Below the pieces are notes generated by a model that did no database searches, was not told the origin of the DNA, and saw only the letters and a list, made by a program, of their open reading frames with translations. The translations under genes and the position numbers were made by a program. DNA of 64,000 nucleotides, taken from assembly GCA_963716175.1 (NCBI GenBank), contig OY970296.1, positions 3,776,001-3,840,000 on the forward strand, given 5' to 3'. Source of the DNA: an uncultured Armatimonadetes bacterium (GTDB taxonomy: Bacteria; Armatimonadota; Hebobacteria; Hebobacterales; Hebobacteraceae). Of this stretch, positions 49,959-59,499 are shown piece after piece; positions within the stretch are counted from its first letter, which is position 1, and every line of letters starts with the position of its first letter.

Positions 49959-50591
49959 TCAGCCTGCTCCGCCGGCCCCGTAGCGCGGCCGCCACCACTC
50001 CCGGAACTCATCTACTCCGCGTACCCCGTGCTCCAGCACCGCCTCGTAGATGTGCACTGAGAGCAGCGACTTCCGGTATTCGGGCTGCCCGCACACCGCC
50101 TCTTTGATCGCGAGGATGTGCGAGCGCGCATCCTCGGTCATAAGCGACGCCCACACCGGCCGTCTTGCCGCGCCGGCCTCAAACTCCTCAGGCCGGGCGG
50201 TCCAGAGGTCGAGCTTCCATACCGTAGGATCCCCAGGGCGAGCCGATCCCGTTCTGCTGGGATCCGCGACACGCGCCCCCCAGTAGAGGCCGAAGTCCGG
50301 CTGCGCCTCCGCCCACGCCTCACGATAGACGTCAATGCACTGCAGGCGCACACACCATCCCGTCTCCGCCAGCCGCGTGCCGACCTGCCAATGGCGATGC
50401 CAGTCCGGTCCCTCGTACCGTTCGAAATCCAGATCGCGCCATACCATCGTCTTCATCACGTAGGAGCCGACGGCCTGGAATCGCCCTTCGCGTAGGATGG
50501 GGCCTATGCCAGAGGCAGCCAACATGCGATCGGCCTCCGCGCGCAGGGACGCGTCAAGCGCGAACAGCCTATCGGCATCGGGGTACATCAT
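49959..50591 (-). CDS. Hypothetical nucleotidyltransferase-fold protein
   Basis: VGSY..MVWRDLD and WKLDLW (GS..DxD..D pattern). Confidence 0.65.
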   Translation of the reverse strand: MMYPDADRLFALDASLRAEADRMLAASGIGPILREGRFQAVGSYVMKTMVWRDLDFERYEGPDWHRHWQVGTRLAETGWCVRLQCIDVYREAWAEAQPDFGLYWGARVADPSRTGSARPGDPTVWKLDLWTARPEEFEAGAARRPVWASLMTEDARSHILAIKEAVCGQPEYRKSLLSVHIYEAVLEHGVRGVDEFREWWRPRYGAGGAG

Positions 50592-50656
50592 GGGACGGTT
50601 CCGTCCTACAGAGAATGGCGAAGACAAGCCCTAGCCAGCGGGAAGGTGCCTCTAAG

Positions 50657-50757
50657 GAGCTTCGCCGAATGAAGTAACACGGCGAAGCTCAAGAAGCGGC
50701 CCAGACAGGCACAGGGCGATGTTCGCACATTACTTCGTTGTGCGAACATCATTAGTC
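50657..50757. repeat. 101-bp two-hairpin structured element, copy B
   Basis: GAGCTTCGCC/GGCGAAGCTC and ATGTTCGCACA/TGTGCGAACAT stems. Confidence 0.8.
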
Positions 50758-50805
50758 CTGCGCTTCCCCGTGGTCTGGAGCGCGAGGCGCCAGCGCAGCC
50801 AGGAG

Positions 50806-51126
50806 TTAGATCAGCCTCGGGATCCGCTGGGTCACGATTCGGTACACCTCCGAGTAGTTGACCTTGTCGTACTCGTGGCTGATGACATTTCGCAGGCCGA
50901 CCAGCTCAGGCCACGGTATCTCCGAGTGGGCCTCGCGAAATGCCGCGCTCACCCTGCGCGCCGCCTCGCCCAGAATCTCCAACTTCCGCTCAACGGCCAC
51001 ACGCACCATCTCGCTGTCGTCTGCGACGAACTGGGCGAGCGAGAGGCCGCTTGCGAAGCGCGCGACCGCCCGCGCTGCGTCCAGCATGTCCCAGAGGCTC
51101 GCGGGATCGCGCTCCTCAGGCGGCAT
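50806..51126 (-). CDS. HepT-like (DUF86) HEPN RNase toxin
   Basis: AVERKLEILGEA, IPW and RNVISHEY (Rx4H). Confidence 0.9.
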   Translation of the reverse strand: MPPEERDPASLWDMLDAARAVARFASGLSLAQFVADDSEMVRVAVERKLEILGEAARRVSAAFREAHSEIPWPELVGLRNVISHEYDKVNYSEVYRIVTQRIPRLI

Positions 51127-51418
51127 GGATCACTTCTCTGTTGTTGAGGACGTTGCGCCTCCGGAAGGGATTTCTGAGAGCACCCTTCTCCACCAGGTCC
51201 ACGTCCCGGCCGAACATGAGCCGCAGCTCGTCTTCGGCATGGATGTGATCGAACAAATCCCACTCTGCGTCGTCCTCGAACACCACCAGCACGTCCACGT
51301 CGCTGTCGGGGCCGAAGTCATCCCGCAGCGCAGAGCCGAAGATGGAGAACTCCTTCACTCGCCACTTCCGGCAGAACTCTGCGATGCGCTCTCGATCAAC
51401 AGGAATAGCGAGTGGCAT
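51116..51418 (-). CDS. MntA-like minimal nucleotidyltransferase antitoxin
   Basis: FGSALRDDF..DSDVDVLV and GRDVDLV; overlaps the HEPN gene. Confidence 0.9.
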   Translation of the reverse strand: MPLAIPVDRERIAEFCRKWRVKEFSIFGSALRDDFGPDSDVDVLVVFEDDAEWDLFDHIHAEDELRLMFGRDVDLVEKGALRNPFRRRNVLNNREVIHAA

Positions 51419-51450
51419 TATGCCGTTCCTGTCCGTAGGACAATCCCTGT

Positions 51451-51474
51451 TCATCTGCGTTTATCTGCGGATGA
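51451..51474. repeat. Solo GxxExxY-end-like repeat
   Basis: Reverse complement TCCGCAGATAAACGCAGATGAAC. Confidence 0.7.
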
Positions 51475-51481
51475 TTGTCGT

Positions 51482-52912
51482 CTACAGGATGTACCGTGCC
51501 AGGTCCAGGTTCTTCACCACATCGGCCAACTGCTTGCCCACGTATTCCCCGGTGACGGTGATGCGCGCGGGCGCGATGTCCGAGGCCTCGAAGGAGGCGT
51601 CCTCCAGCAGCCGTTCCATCACCGTGTGCAGGCGCCGGGCTCCGATGTTCTCGGTCTGCTCGTTCACCTGGGCCGCGATCTTGGCGATCTCCGCAACCCC
51701 CTCAGGCGTGAACTCTAGCTCCACCCCCTCGGTCTCCATCAGCGCGGTATACTGGCGGATGAGCGAGTTCTGCGGCTCGTTGAGGATGCGCACGAACTCC
51801 GCCTCGCCCAGCGGCTCCAGCTCCACCCGCAGCGGGAAGCGGCCCTGAAGTTCCGGGATCAGGTCAGACGGCTTGGTGGCGTGAAACGCCCCGGCCGCGA
51901 TGAACAGGATGTGATCGGTTTGCACCGGCCCGTATTTGGTCATCACGGTCGAGCCCTCGACGATGGGCAGCAGCCCCCGCTGCACCCCCTCGCGGCTCAC
52001 GTCCGGCCCGATGCCGCGCTCCCGGCCCGCGATCTTATCCATCTCATCAATGAAGATGATGCCGGACTGCTCCGCCCGGTCAATCGCCTCCCCGGTCACC
52101 TGCTCCACGTCAATCATGCGCTCCGCCTCCTGGTCAACCAGGATGCGGCGCGCCTCCCCCACCGTCACCGACCGGCGCCGGCGCTGCTTCGGGAACATCC
52201 CTCCCAGCATGTCCTGCAGGTTCATCCCCAGCTCTTCCATCCCACCCGCGCCGAAGATCGGGAAGGTGAGGAAGCGGTTTTCCTCCACTTCGATTTCCAC
52301 CATCTGCCGGTCGAGTTCGCCCGCCAGCAGCCGCCGCCGCAGCTCGCCCCGGCTCTCGTCGTCCGGTTCCGCCTCTTCTTCCTCTGGCTCCGGCGCGCGC
52401 TGCTGGAGCAAGGCCGCCATCGCCTCGCCGACCGAATGCAGCCGCCCCCCGCGGGCGCCGCCGCGGCGCTGCAGACCGTCCAGGACGCGCTCGATCGCGC
52501 GCCGCTCCGCCTGCTCCTTCACCGCCTGCACCTTCTCGGAGCGGACCATCCGCACCGCCGCCTCCACCAGGTCCCGCACCATCGCATCCACATCCCGGCC
52601 CACATAGCCAACCTCGGTGAACTTGGTTGCCTCCACCTTCACGAACGGCGCCCGCACCAGGCGCGCCAGCCGCCGCGCGATCTCGGTCTTGCCCACCCCC
52701 GTGGGGCCGATCAGCAGGATGTTCTTCGGGATCACCTCGTCCCGGATGTCCTCGCCCAACTGCTGCCGCCGCATCCGGTTGCGCAGCGCGATCGCGACCG
52801 ACCTCTTCGCCGCCCTCTGGCCAACGATGTACTTATCCAGCTCCTCCACGATACGGCGCGGAGTGAGTTCCTCGAGCAGTTTCCCAGGTGACACTTCAGA
52901 TCGAGTAGCCAT
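51482..52912 (-). CDS. hslU: ATP-dependent protease ATPase subunit HslU
   Basis: [40 protein letters not shown] and C-terminal LARYIL. Confidence 0.97.
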   Translation of the reverse strand: MATRSEVSPGKLLEELTPRRIVEELDKYIVGQRAAKRSVAIALRNRMRRQQLGEDIRDEVIPKNILLIGPTGVGKTEIARRLARLVRAPFVKVEATKFTEVGYVGRDVDAMVRDLVEAAVRMVRSEKVQAVKEQAERRAIERVLDGLQRRGGARGGRLHSVGEAMAALLQQRAPEPEEEEAEPDDESRGELRRRLLAGELDRQMVEIEVEENRFLTFPIFGAGGMEELGMNLQDMLGGMFPKQRRRRSVTVGEARRILVDQEAERMIDVEQVTGEAIDRAEQSGIIFIDEMDKIAGRERGIGPDVSREGVQRGLLPIVEGSTVMTKYGPVQTDHILFIAAGAFHATKPSDLIPELQGRFPLRVELEPLGEAEFVRILNEPQNSLIRQYTALMETEGVELEFTPEGVAEIAKIAAQVNEQTENIGARRLHTVMERLLEDASFEASDIAPARITVTGEYVGKQLADVVKNLDLARYIL

Positions 52913-53056
52913 AGTAGTGGTATTGTAGCACAAATGCCCACACCCGTCGGGCGACGGGTTGTCATCCCGAGCGTCAGCGCGGGAGCTTGGCCGCCTGTTG
53001 GGCAGGAGCGTGCCCCTGCCGTGGTTCTTCCCCTGCGCCTCTGCGGAGGAAGCCCC

Positions 53057-54115
53057 TCAGAATCGGTACCCCATCGCCGCCTCCCGCATCGCCAGGAAGT
53101 TCTCCAGCGGGACGATGTCGAAGACCTCCGTGCTGCTTCCCACCAGGATCTGGCCCTCGGTGTCCTCGATTGCCTTCACCACCGCGTCCCTCACCTGCTG
53201 CGCGGTGCCGAAGGGCAGCAGGTGGCTGACATCTATGCCGCCGAGGAAGACCAGGCTGGGGTAGCGCCAATGCAGGTCGGCCAGGTCCATGCCGGCCGTG
53301 ACCTCGATGGGGTTCAGCCCGTCAATCCCTGCTCCCACCAGTCCGTCCATGATCGCGTTCAGGTTCCCGTCCGAGTGGAAGACGGCCTTCTGCCCCTTAG
53401 CCTGCAGGGCCGAGATCACTCGCGCCAGCCGCGGGAAGTAATGCTTCTCCAGCCATTTCACCTGCATCATGGGCCCGTTCTTGAAGGCAATGTCCTCCCC
53501 GATGAAAGCGGCCTCGAAGGGGCAATCATCAGGCAGACCCTCGATCCAGCGGCAGGCATACGCGGTGTTACGCTCCAACTGCTCGATGATCACCTCCTCG
53601 CAGTCATAGAGGTAGTAGCTGAACGGCTCCAGGCCAACCTCCGTCCAGATGCCCATCAGCTCCGGCGACGGCGATGACATCAGGTAGTAGAAGTCATCAC
53701 CAAACCAGGACTTCACCTCCACCTGATCGAGATACGAGTGGCCGGTCGCGGTCTCGCTCGGTGCGCTGACTCGCTCCTGCCAGCCGGCCAGCTCCTTCCG
53801 TTTCACCTCCCGGTACTCTTCGCTGGAGGCGTACTTCACTCGCTGCTGCCACGCCGTCCAGCGGAGCACGCGCGTCTCTCGGCCGTCCTGCGAGCGCTCC
53901 GTTCTCTCCTCAGAGGGCGACATGCGGGCACTGCGCGAGCCATCCAGGGCCGCGGCCATGGCGCGGGCGCCCGCGCGGTCGTCCCCGATCCCGACCGGCG
54001 CCCCGCCGTTGAAGTGCTGAAGCACCGCATCATTCGGCAGCAGATCGAACAGCGGCGCCCGATCCGGCTTCTCGCCCGCCATCACCCGCCGCACTCGTTG
54101 CAGGGAACCTTCCAT
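53057..54115 (-). CDS. Uroporphyrinogen decarboxylase (URO-D/MtaA-like) family protein
   Basis: GEDIAFK, HSDGNL, DGLNPIE..AGMD, GGID and VPLEN. Confidence 0.85.
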   Translation of the reverse strand: MEGSLQRVRRVMAGEKPDRAPLFDLLPNDAVLQHFNGGAPVGIGDDRAGARAMAAALDGSRSARMSPSEERTERSQDGRETRVLRWTAWQQRVKYASSEEYREVKRKELAGWQERVSAPSETATGHSYLDQVEVKSWFGDDFYYLMSSPSPELMGIWTEVGLEPFSYYLYDCEEVIIEQLERNTAYACRWIEGLPDDCPFEAAFIGEDIAFKNGPMMQVKWLEKHYFPRLARVISALQAKGQKAVFHSDGNLNAIMDGLVGAGIDGLNPIEVTAGMDLADLHWRYPSLVFLGGIDVSHLLPFGTAQQVRDAVVKAIEDTEGQILVGSSTEVFDIVPLENFLAMREAAMGYRF

Positions 54116-54141
54116 GCCATTTCCCGCCCAGCAGGGCTCTG

Positions 54142-54168
54142 GTAGGGCAGGTTCCGAACCTGCCCTAC
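54142..54168. repeat. Perfect GTAG..CTAC REP palindrome
   Basis: GTAGGGCAGGTT-CCG-AACCTGCCCTAC. Confidence 0.85.
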
Positions 54169-54172
54169 GGGC

Positions 54173-55039
54173 TTAGCCGAAGATCGGCTGCACCTCCACC
54201 AGCCGATTCCCCTTCCCATCGAAGTACGCATACGCGAACCCGGGTCGCAGGCTGGCGCCGCCGGCTGCGCCATCGGCCCGCAGCGCCGCCAGGGCCAACT
54301 GCTTGCTCCCCAGCTCCGGGTTGGCCGCGATGAGACGCCTGAGCGCCTGCTCGCAGGCCTGGTGCGGCTCGCGACCGTTCCCCATCATCTCTACCACCAG
54401 AAAGGAAGCGCAGACCCGCATCGCCTCCTCCCCCACGCCCGTGGCGGCCGCGCCGCCCACTCCCCGATCAACATAGATACCGGCCCCGATGATGGCGCTG
54501 TCCCCCACCCGTCCCGGCAGCTTGAAGGCCGTGCCGCTGGTAGTGACTCCGCCTGCCATCCCCCCTTTGCGGTCAATGGCGATGGTGGCCATGGTGTCGT
54601 GCCCGCCCGAGCCCGCCGGCGTCGCCTGCCCCTTCCACTCCTCCCATCGCCTCCGGCTCGCCTCTGTGAGCAGATCGAATGCGCCGAATCCGTGCTCCCG
54701 CGCAAAGGCCTTGGCCCCCTCCCCCACGAGGAGCACGTGCGGCGTCACCTCCATCACCCGCCGCGCCACCGCGATAGCGTAACGGGTTTCCTTCAGCGCG
54801 CCCACCGCGCCTGCTCGCGCCCCGGGCCCGAACATGATCGCCGCGTCCAGCTCCACTTCCCCGGCCGCGTTGGGCAGGCCGCCCCAACCGGTGCTCATGT
54901 CATTCGTGTCATCCTCGCTCGCGCGCAGCGCCGCCTCCACCGCGTCCAGGCTCTCTCCGCCCCGCGCCAGCACCTCCGCCGCGATCGCGTTGACCGCGAG
55001 GCCGCGAGGCCAGATGGAAACTGCAAACACTCCTCCCAC
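54173..55039 (-). CDS. Ntn-hydrolase, N(4)-(beta-N-acetylglucosaminyl)-L-asparaginase family
   Basis: ELDAAIM, TPHVLLVGEGA, HDT autocleavage site and GRVGDS. Confidence 0.9.
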   Translation of the reverse strand: MGGVFAVSIWPRGLAVNAIAAEVLARGGESLDAVEAALRASEDDTNDMSTGWGGLPNAAGEVELDAAIMFGPGARAGAVGALKETRYAIAVARRVMEVTPHVLLVGEGAKAFAREHGFGAFDLLTEASRRRWEEWKGQATPAGSGGHDTMATIAIDRKGGMAGGVTTSGTAFKLPGRVGDSAIIGAGIYVDRGVGGAAATGVGEEAMRVCASFLVVEMMGNGREPHQACEQALRRLIAANPELGSKQLALAALRADGAAGGASLRPGFAYAYFDGKGNRLVEVQPIFG

Positions 55040-55073
55040 CCTAACGCACCAGACTCATCGGGATCGCTTTCCG

Positions 55074-55099
55074 TCTGCGGAATCTGCGTAATCTGCGGA
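55074..55099. repeat. Solo CGCAGAT tandem-unit repeat
   Basis: TCTGCGGAATCTGCGTAATCTGCGGA, 9-bp periodicity. Confidence 0.7.
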
Positions 55100-55110
55100 C
55101 TTGCAGTTCC

Positions 55111-56481
55111 TTACCCTTTGAACTGCGGCAGATATTGCGCCTGCGCCGCGAGCAGATCGTCTGCCAGTTTGGTGGTCCGCTCCAGGGACTCCACCGCGCC
55201 GTCCAACACCAGCGCCTGGATGAACTTGCTGCGGCTGCCCTCCAGGGCCGCCTCCACCACCACCTCTACCCAGGCCAGCCGCGTCGCCAGCGTGCCCACC
55301 AGGCCGGGCGCGAGAGGCCGCTGCACGATGGCCCGCACCCCGGCGCCATCGGCCACCGAGGGGCTCTCGAGCACCGCCTCCGCAGGCAGATTTGGCACCT
55401 GTCCCCGGTTGGGCAGATTGGCCGAGTAGACCCGGCCCGCGTCTCTGCGGATGCTGTCAATGATGTCTATCACTTGTTCGTGCTCGCCGCTGATGTGCTC
55501 GAAGTAGTCGGCGGGCAGCGGCCCCTTGGAGAGGGCCACGGACCGCATCTCCTCGAACCCCCGGTCGCCCCATTCGATGGTCCGCTCCAGGCTGCAGGCG
55601 TCAACCCCGAGGGTCTTGCCGAAGTAGCTCTTCTCCTTGGAGAATAGATGCGGGAAGAACTCGGTCACATGCCGGTCCAGCACCGCCGGAAATGCTTCGA
55701 ACAGCCGCGTGAGCTGCCAGCTAAACAGATGCAGATCGGCTAGCGCCGTGCCTTCGGCCTCCGCTCTGGCCGCCTTCGCGTTCGGCCGACCGTCCTCGTC
55801 CAGGTATTCCGCCAGCCTCCGCCCGGCGATCTCCACCAGGCGCGGCATCGCGTCCTGCCCATCCACCCGCACCTCTGTGAACCAGGTCATGTGGTTCATG
55901 CCGATGGCGGTGTAGTTCACCCGCGGGAACTCCGCCCCCAGTTCCCGGGCCAGAAATCTGGCCACCGCGAACACCCCATGGCAGAGGCCGACCACCTCCG
56001 CTCCCGTCGCCTTCCGGATCGCCCGGCAGACCGGGGCCATGGGGTTCCCGTAGTTGAAGAACAGGGCCGTGGGCGCAAGGTCCAGCACATCCTTGGCGAT
56101 GTCCACCATGGGCGGGATCATGCGCAAGGCGCGGGAGGTGCCACCCGGCATCACGCTGTCGCCCACTGGCTGGAAGATCCCGTGCTGGCGGGGGATGAGG
56201 ACGTCCTGCTCCCATGCTCGCCGCCCCCCCACTCCCACCGTGCAGATCACCGCGGTCGCGCCCGGCAGCACCTCCCGGCGATCCGTGCTCGCAGTCAGAC
56301 GAATCTCCACCTTCTTCGCCTCGATCATCTTGCGCGCCAGGCCCTCGGCCACCGCCAGGGCGTTGGGGTCTATGTCCACCAGGCCCAGGCCCATCTCCTG
56401 GCCGCGGCTCACCAGGTCGGCCACCAGCCCTCTGGTGAAGCTGGCGCTGCCGGCCCCGACCAGAACCACTTTCTCTGTCAT
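55111..56481 (-). CDS. Glycoside hydrolase family 4 (alpha-galactosidase-like)
   Basis: GAGSASF, GDSVMPGG, NYGNPM, GLCHG and GMNH. Confidence 0.92.
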   Translation of the reverse strand: MTEKVVLVGAGSASFTRGLVADLVSRGQEMGLGLVDIDPNALAVAEGLARKMIEAKKVEIRLTASTDRREVLPGATAVICTVGVGGRRAWEQDVLIPRQHGIFQPVGDSVMPGGTSRALRMIPPMVDIAKDVLDLAPTALFFNYGNPMAPVCRAIRKATGAEVVGLCHGVFAVARFLARELGAEFPRVNYTAIGMNHMTWFTEVRVDGQDAMPRLVEIAGRRLAEYLDEDGRPNAKAARAEAEGTALADLHLFSWQLTRLFEAFPAVLDRHVTEFFPHLFSKEKSYFGKTLGVDACSLERTIEWGDRGFEEMRSVALSKGPLPADYFEHISGEHEQVIDIIDSIRRDAGRVYSANLPNRGQVPNLPAEAVLESPSVADGAGVRAIVQRPLAPGLVGTLATRLAWVEVVVEAALEGSRSKFIQALVLDGAVESLERTTKLADDLLAAQAQYLPQFKG

Positions 56482-56545
56482 CTGCCTCTCCCGCAGTTGT
56501 CGTTCGCAGCGCGGCCATGAAAAACAGGGCCGCCGGCCGTTTCCT

Positions 56546-58024
56546 TCATTCTCTGCGCCCCCTGCGTCTCCGCGGTGCGGACGGCGGCCTCTCTTGTCGC
56601 ATCTCCTCCACGGTGCGAGTATGCAGCCGCGCCGCCCCCGCGTACTCCCGGGTCGGGATCAGCTTGCCCGATGTCAGCCGCCTCTTCGCATCCGCGATCG
56701 CCTTGCGGTATTGCGGCAGCCACGGCTCGCCTGCCACCAGCATCTCGTCCACCATCTGCCAGATCTCCGGCGGATTGCACACCGCGCCCACTAGTGGGTC
56801 CATCATCATCGCCTGCCGCAGCAGCACATCATCGCCGCTCACCCCCGCCTCCACCGCCAGCCGCTGGACGCTGATGCTGACATTGCACACCGCCGCGCAG
56901 CCCAGCGGCAGATCGCCCACTCGCGGGATGTTGATGCCGTTCCCGTCCACATAGCCCGGCGCCTCGACGATGGCGTCAGCCGGCAGATTGCTGATGGTGC
57001 CGTGGTTGCCCACATTGAAGTGGCCGCGGTAGACCCGTCCCGTCTCCAGGCCCTCCATGATATAGGAGCCGTGCTCGCTGCCGCGATCCTCCGGCCGGAA
57101 GGTGTAGGGAGGCCCCTGCATCCACTGCGGGAATTCGGTCTCGAACCAGTTCCGGCCTTCGGTGCAGACGCGCAGATAGCCGCCGGTCTCACCGTTGATC
57201 CACGAACTGAGGTCAATCCACTGCGCGATCTCATCCGGCCGCTTCCGATACCAGGGCACGTATTCGCTGAGATGGCCATTGGATTCGGTGCTGAAGTAGC
57301 CAAAGCGGCGCAGCATATCAATGCGCACCTTCTCGGTTTGGCTGTACTCCGGGTGCTTCTCCAGCGCCGCCAAGAGCTTGCCTGTCAGGTCCTTCCCCTT
57401 GTGCTTGATCCCGATGTACCAGGTCTGGTGGTTGATCCCGGCGCAGATGATATCAACCTCTTCCCTCTTCAGGCCCAGCGCATCCGCGATGATCTCGTGC
57501 CCGCCTTCCACCCCGTGACAGAGGCCGACGCACCACACACCGCGGCCGTGCTGGTTTGCGGCCCACATATTCATCGCCATCGGGTTGGCATGATTGACGA
57601 ACAGACAGCCCGGCGCAGCCACCTCGCTGATATCCTTGCAGAACTCCAGGATCACCGGGATATTACGCTGGCCGTACATGATCCCGCCCGCGGAGAGGGT
57701 ATCGCCCACGCACTGATCCACCCCGTACTTCAGTGGAATATCAATGTCCGTGGCGAACCCCTCCAGGCCCCCCACGCGCACCACCGAGAACACGAAGTTG
57801 GCGTTCTTCAGCGCCTCCCGGCGATCCGCCGTGGCCGTGATCCTGGCGGGCAAGCCGGCCGAGTCCATGTCCCGCTTGCAGAGCCGGTAGACCATGTCGA
57901 GATTGCGCTCACTGATGTCGGTGAACGCGAACTCGGTCTCCCGGAACTCGGGCACGCACAGGATGTCGCGCACAATCCCACGCGTGAAGCCAATGCTACC
58001 TGCGCCGATGACCGCGACTCTCAT
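56546..58024 (-). CDS. Glycoside hydrolase family 4 (alpha-galactosidase-like)
   Basis: GAGSIGF, QCVGDT, NPM, GLCHG, GINH and TESNGHLSEY. Confidence 0.92.
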   Translation of the reverse strand: MRVAVIGAGSIGFTRGIVRDILCVPEFRETEFAFTDISERNLDMVYRLCKRDMDSAGLPARITATADRREALKNANFVFSVVRVGGLEGFATDIDIPLKYGVDQCVGDTLSAGGIMYGQRNIPVILEFCKDISEVAAPGCLFVNHANPMAMNMWAANQHGRGVWCVGLCHGVEGGHEIIADALGLKREEVDIICAGINHQTWYIGIKHKGKDLTGKLLAALEKHPEYSQTEKVRIDMLRRFGYFSTESNGHLSEYVPWYRKRPDEIAQWIDLSSWINGETGGYLRVCTEGRNWFETEFPQWMQGPPYTFRPEDRGSEHGSYIMEGLETGRVYRGHFNVGNHGTISNLPADAIVEAPGYVDGNGINIPRVGDLPLGCAAVCNVSISVQRLAVEAGVSGDDVLLRQAMMMDPLVGAVCNPPEIWQMVDEMLVAGEPWLPQYRKAIADAKRRLTSGKLIPTREYAGAARLHTRTVEEMRQERPPSAPRRRRGRRE

Positions 58025-58046
58025 GCTGGATCTCCTCATCCATGCT

Positions 58047-58102
58047 GTAAGGGCGGGGATGTCGGAGTCTACCCTGAGCGGAGTCGAAGGGCATGCCCGC
58101 CT
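58047..58102. repeat. REP with a nested CCCTGAGC..GAAGGG motif
   Basis: GTAAGGGCGGG..TACCCTGAGCGGAGTCGAAGGG..CCCGCC. Confidence 0.55.
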
Positions 58103-58179
58103 CCCAGCCTTCGCCGCGAGAAGATTCTGAGGCAGGAGGTCACTTCCTCCTCACCGAAGACTGCCGCCAGGAGAGGAAC

Positions 58180-59457
58180 ATGACCATCACCACTGCTGAG
58201 CTGGCCATCCTGGGCGGACCGAAGGCGGTCTCGGCCTATCCGGAGGACCTCTTCCACTGGCCCATCGTCACCGACGAAGATGAGCGGGCCGTGCTGCAGG
58301 TGTTGCGGGCTGGCAGCATGTCGGATCTGGATATCACCACTCAGTTCGAGGCCGACTATGCTGCCTATCAGGGGACGCGCTACGCCCTGGCCGCGCCCAA
58401 TGGCACCGCCTCTCTGCTGGAAGCCATGTTCGGCTGTGGCATCGGGCGCGGTGACGAAGTCATCGTCCCCAGTATGACCTACTGGGCCTCGGCCCTGCCG
58501 GCCTTCAACCTCGGCGCCACCGTGGTCTTCGCGGACGTCGAGCCCGACTCGCTCTGCCTCGACCCGCGCGATATCGAGCACCGCATCACCAGCCGCACGA
58601 AAGCGATCCTGGTGGTGCACTACTGCGGCCACCCGGCCGACATGGACCCCATCATGGCCGTCGGCCGCAAGCACGGGGTCAAGGTGATCGAGGATGTGTC
58701 CCACGCTCACGGCGGGCTCTACCGGGGCCGCCTTGTGGGCTCCATGGGGGAGGTGTCAGCCATGTCCATGATGGCCGGCAAGTCGCTGGCCATCGGCGAG
58801 GCCGGCATGCTCTGCAGCAACGACCAGGAGATCTTCGAGAGAGCGCTTGCCTTCGGCCACTATGAGCGCACCTCCAGCGAGATCACGATCCCTTACCTGA
58901 AGGAGCTCGCGGGCCTTCCCCTGGGCGGGTTCAAGCACCGCTTGAACCAGACCTGCGCGGCCATGGGGCGGGTTCAGCTCCGCCACTACCCGGAGCGTAT
59001 GGCCGAGATCCAGAAAGCCATGAACTGCTTCTGGGATGCCCTCGAAGGCGTGCCGGGGCTGCGTGCTCATCGGCCTCCCAAAGACTCTGGCTCCACCATG
59101 GGCGGCTGGTACAATCCTCTGGGCCACTACCTGCCCGAGGAGCTGGGCGGCCTATCCCTCCAGCGGTTCATCGAAGCCGTCAACGCCGAGGGGGGCCGCA
59201 CCTGGCGCGCCAGCAGCTATCCCCTCCATCTCCACCCGGTCTTCAACATCGCCGATATCTACCACGACGGCAAGCCCACCCGCATCGCCTTCTCCGACCG
59301 CGACCTGCGCCAGCCCAAAGGCTCTCTCCCGGTTACCGAGGCCTGCGGCGAACGCTGCCTGGGCGTGCCCTGGTTCAAGCACTACTATCCTGACCACATC
59401 GCCCAGTTCGCTGCCGCCTTCCGCAAAGTCGCCCTCCAGGCCCATCGCCTGCGCTGA
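58180..59457 (+). CDS. DegT/DnrJ/EryC1/StrS aminotransferase
   Basis: NGTASL, EDVSHAHG and SMMAGKSLAIGEAG. Confidence 0.88.
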   Translation: MTITTAELAILGGPKAVSAYPEDLFHWPIVTDEDERAVLQVLRAGSMSDLDITTQFEADYAAYQGTRYALAAPNGTASLLEAMFGCGIGRGDEVIVPSMTYWASALPAFNLGATVVFADVEPDSLCLDPRDIEHRITSRTKAILVVHYCGHPADMDPIMAVGRKHGVKVIEDVSHAHGGLYRGRLVGSMGEVSAMSMMAGKSLAIGEAGMLCSNDQEIFERALAFGHYERTSSEITIPYLKELAGLPLGGFKHRLNQTCAAMGRVQLRHYPERMAEIQKAMNCFWDALEGVPGLRAHRPPKDSGSTMGGWYNPLGHYLPEELGGLSLQRFIEAVNAEGGRTWRASSYPLHLHPVFNIADIYHDGKPTRIAFSDRDLRQPKGSLPVTEACGERCLGVPWFKHYYPDHIAQFAAAFRKVALQAHRLR

Positions 59458-59499
59458 CTACAGCGCAGGTAGCGGTTTGCCTTCGGCCGGACGCCCACC

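Noticed and set aside
49009-51474. Integron cassette array
   Set aside because: Genes are separated by repeats, but these lack attC RYYYAAC/GTTRRRY boxes and there is no integrase in the window.
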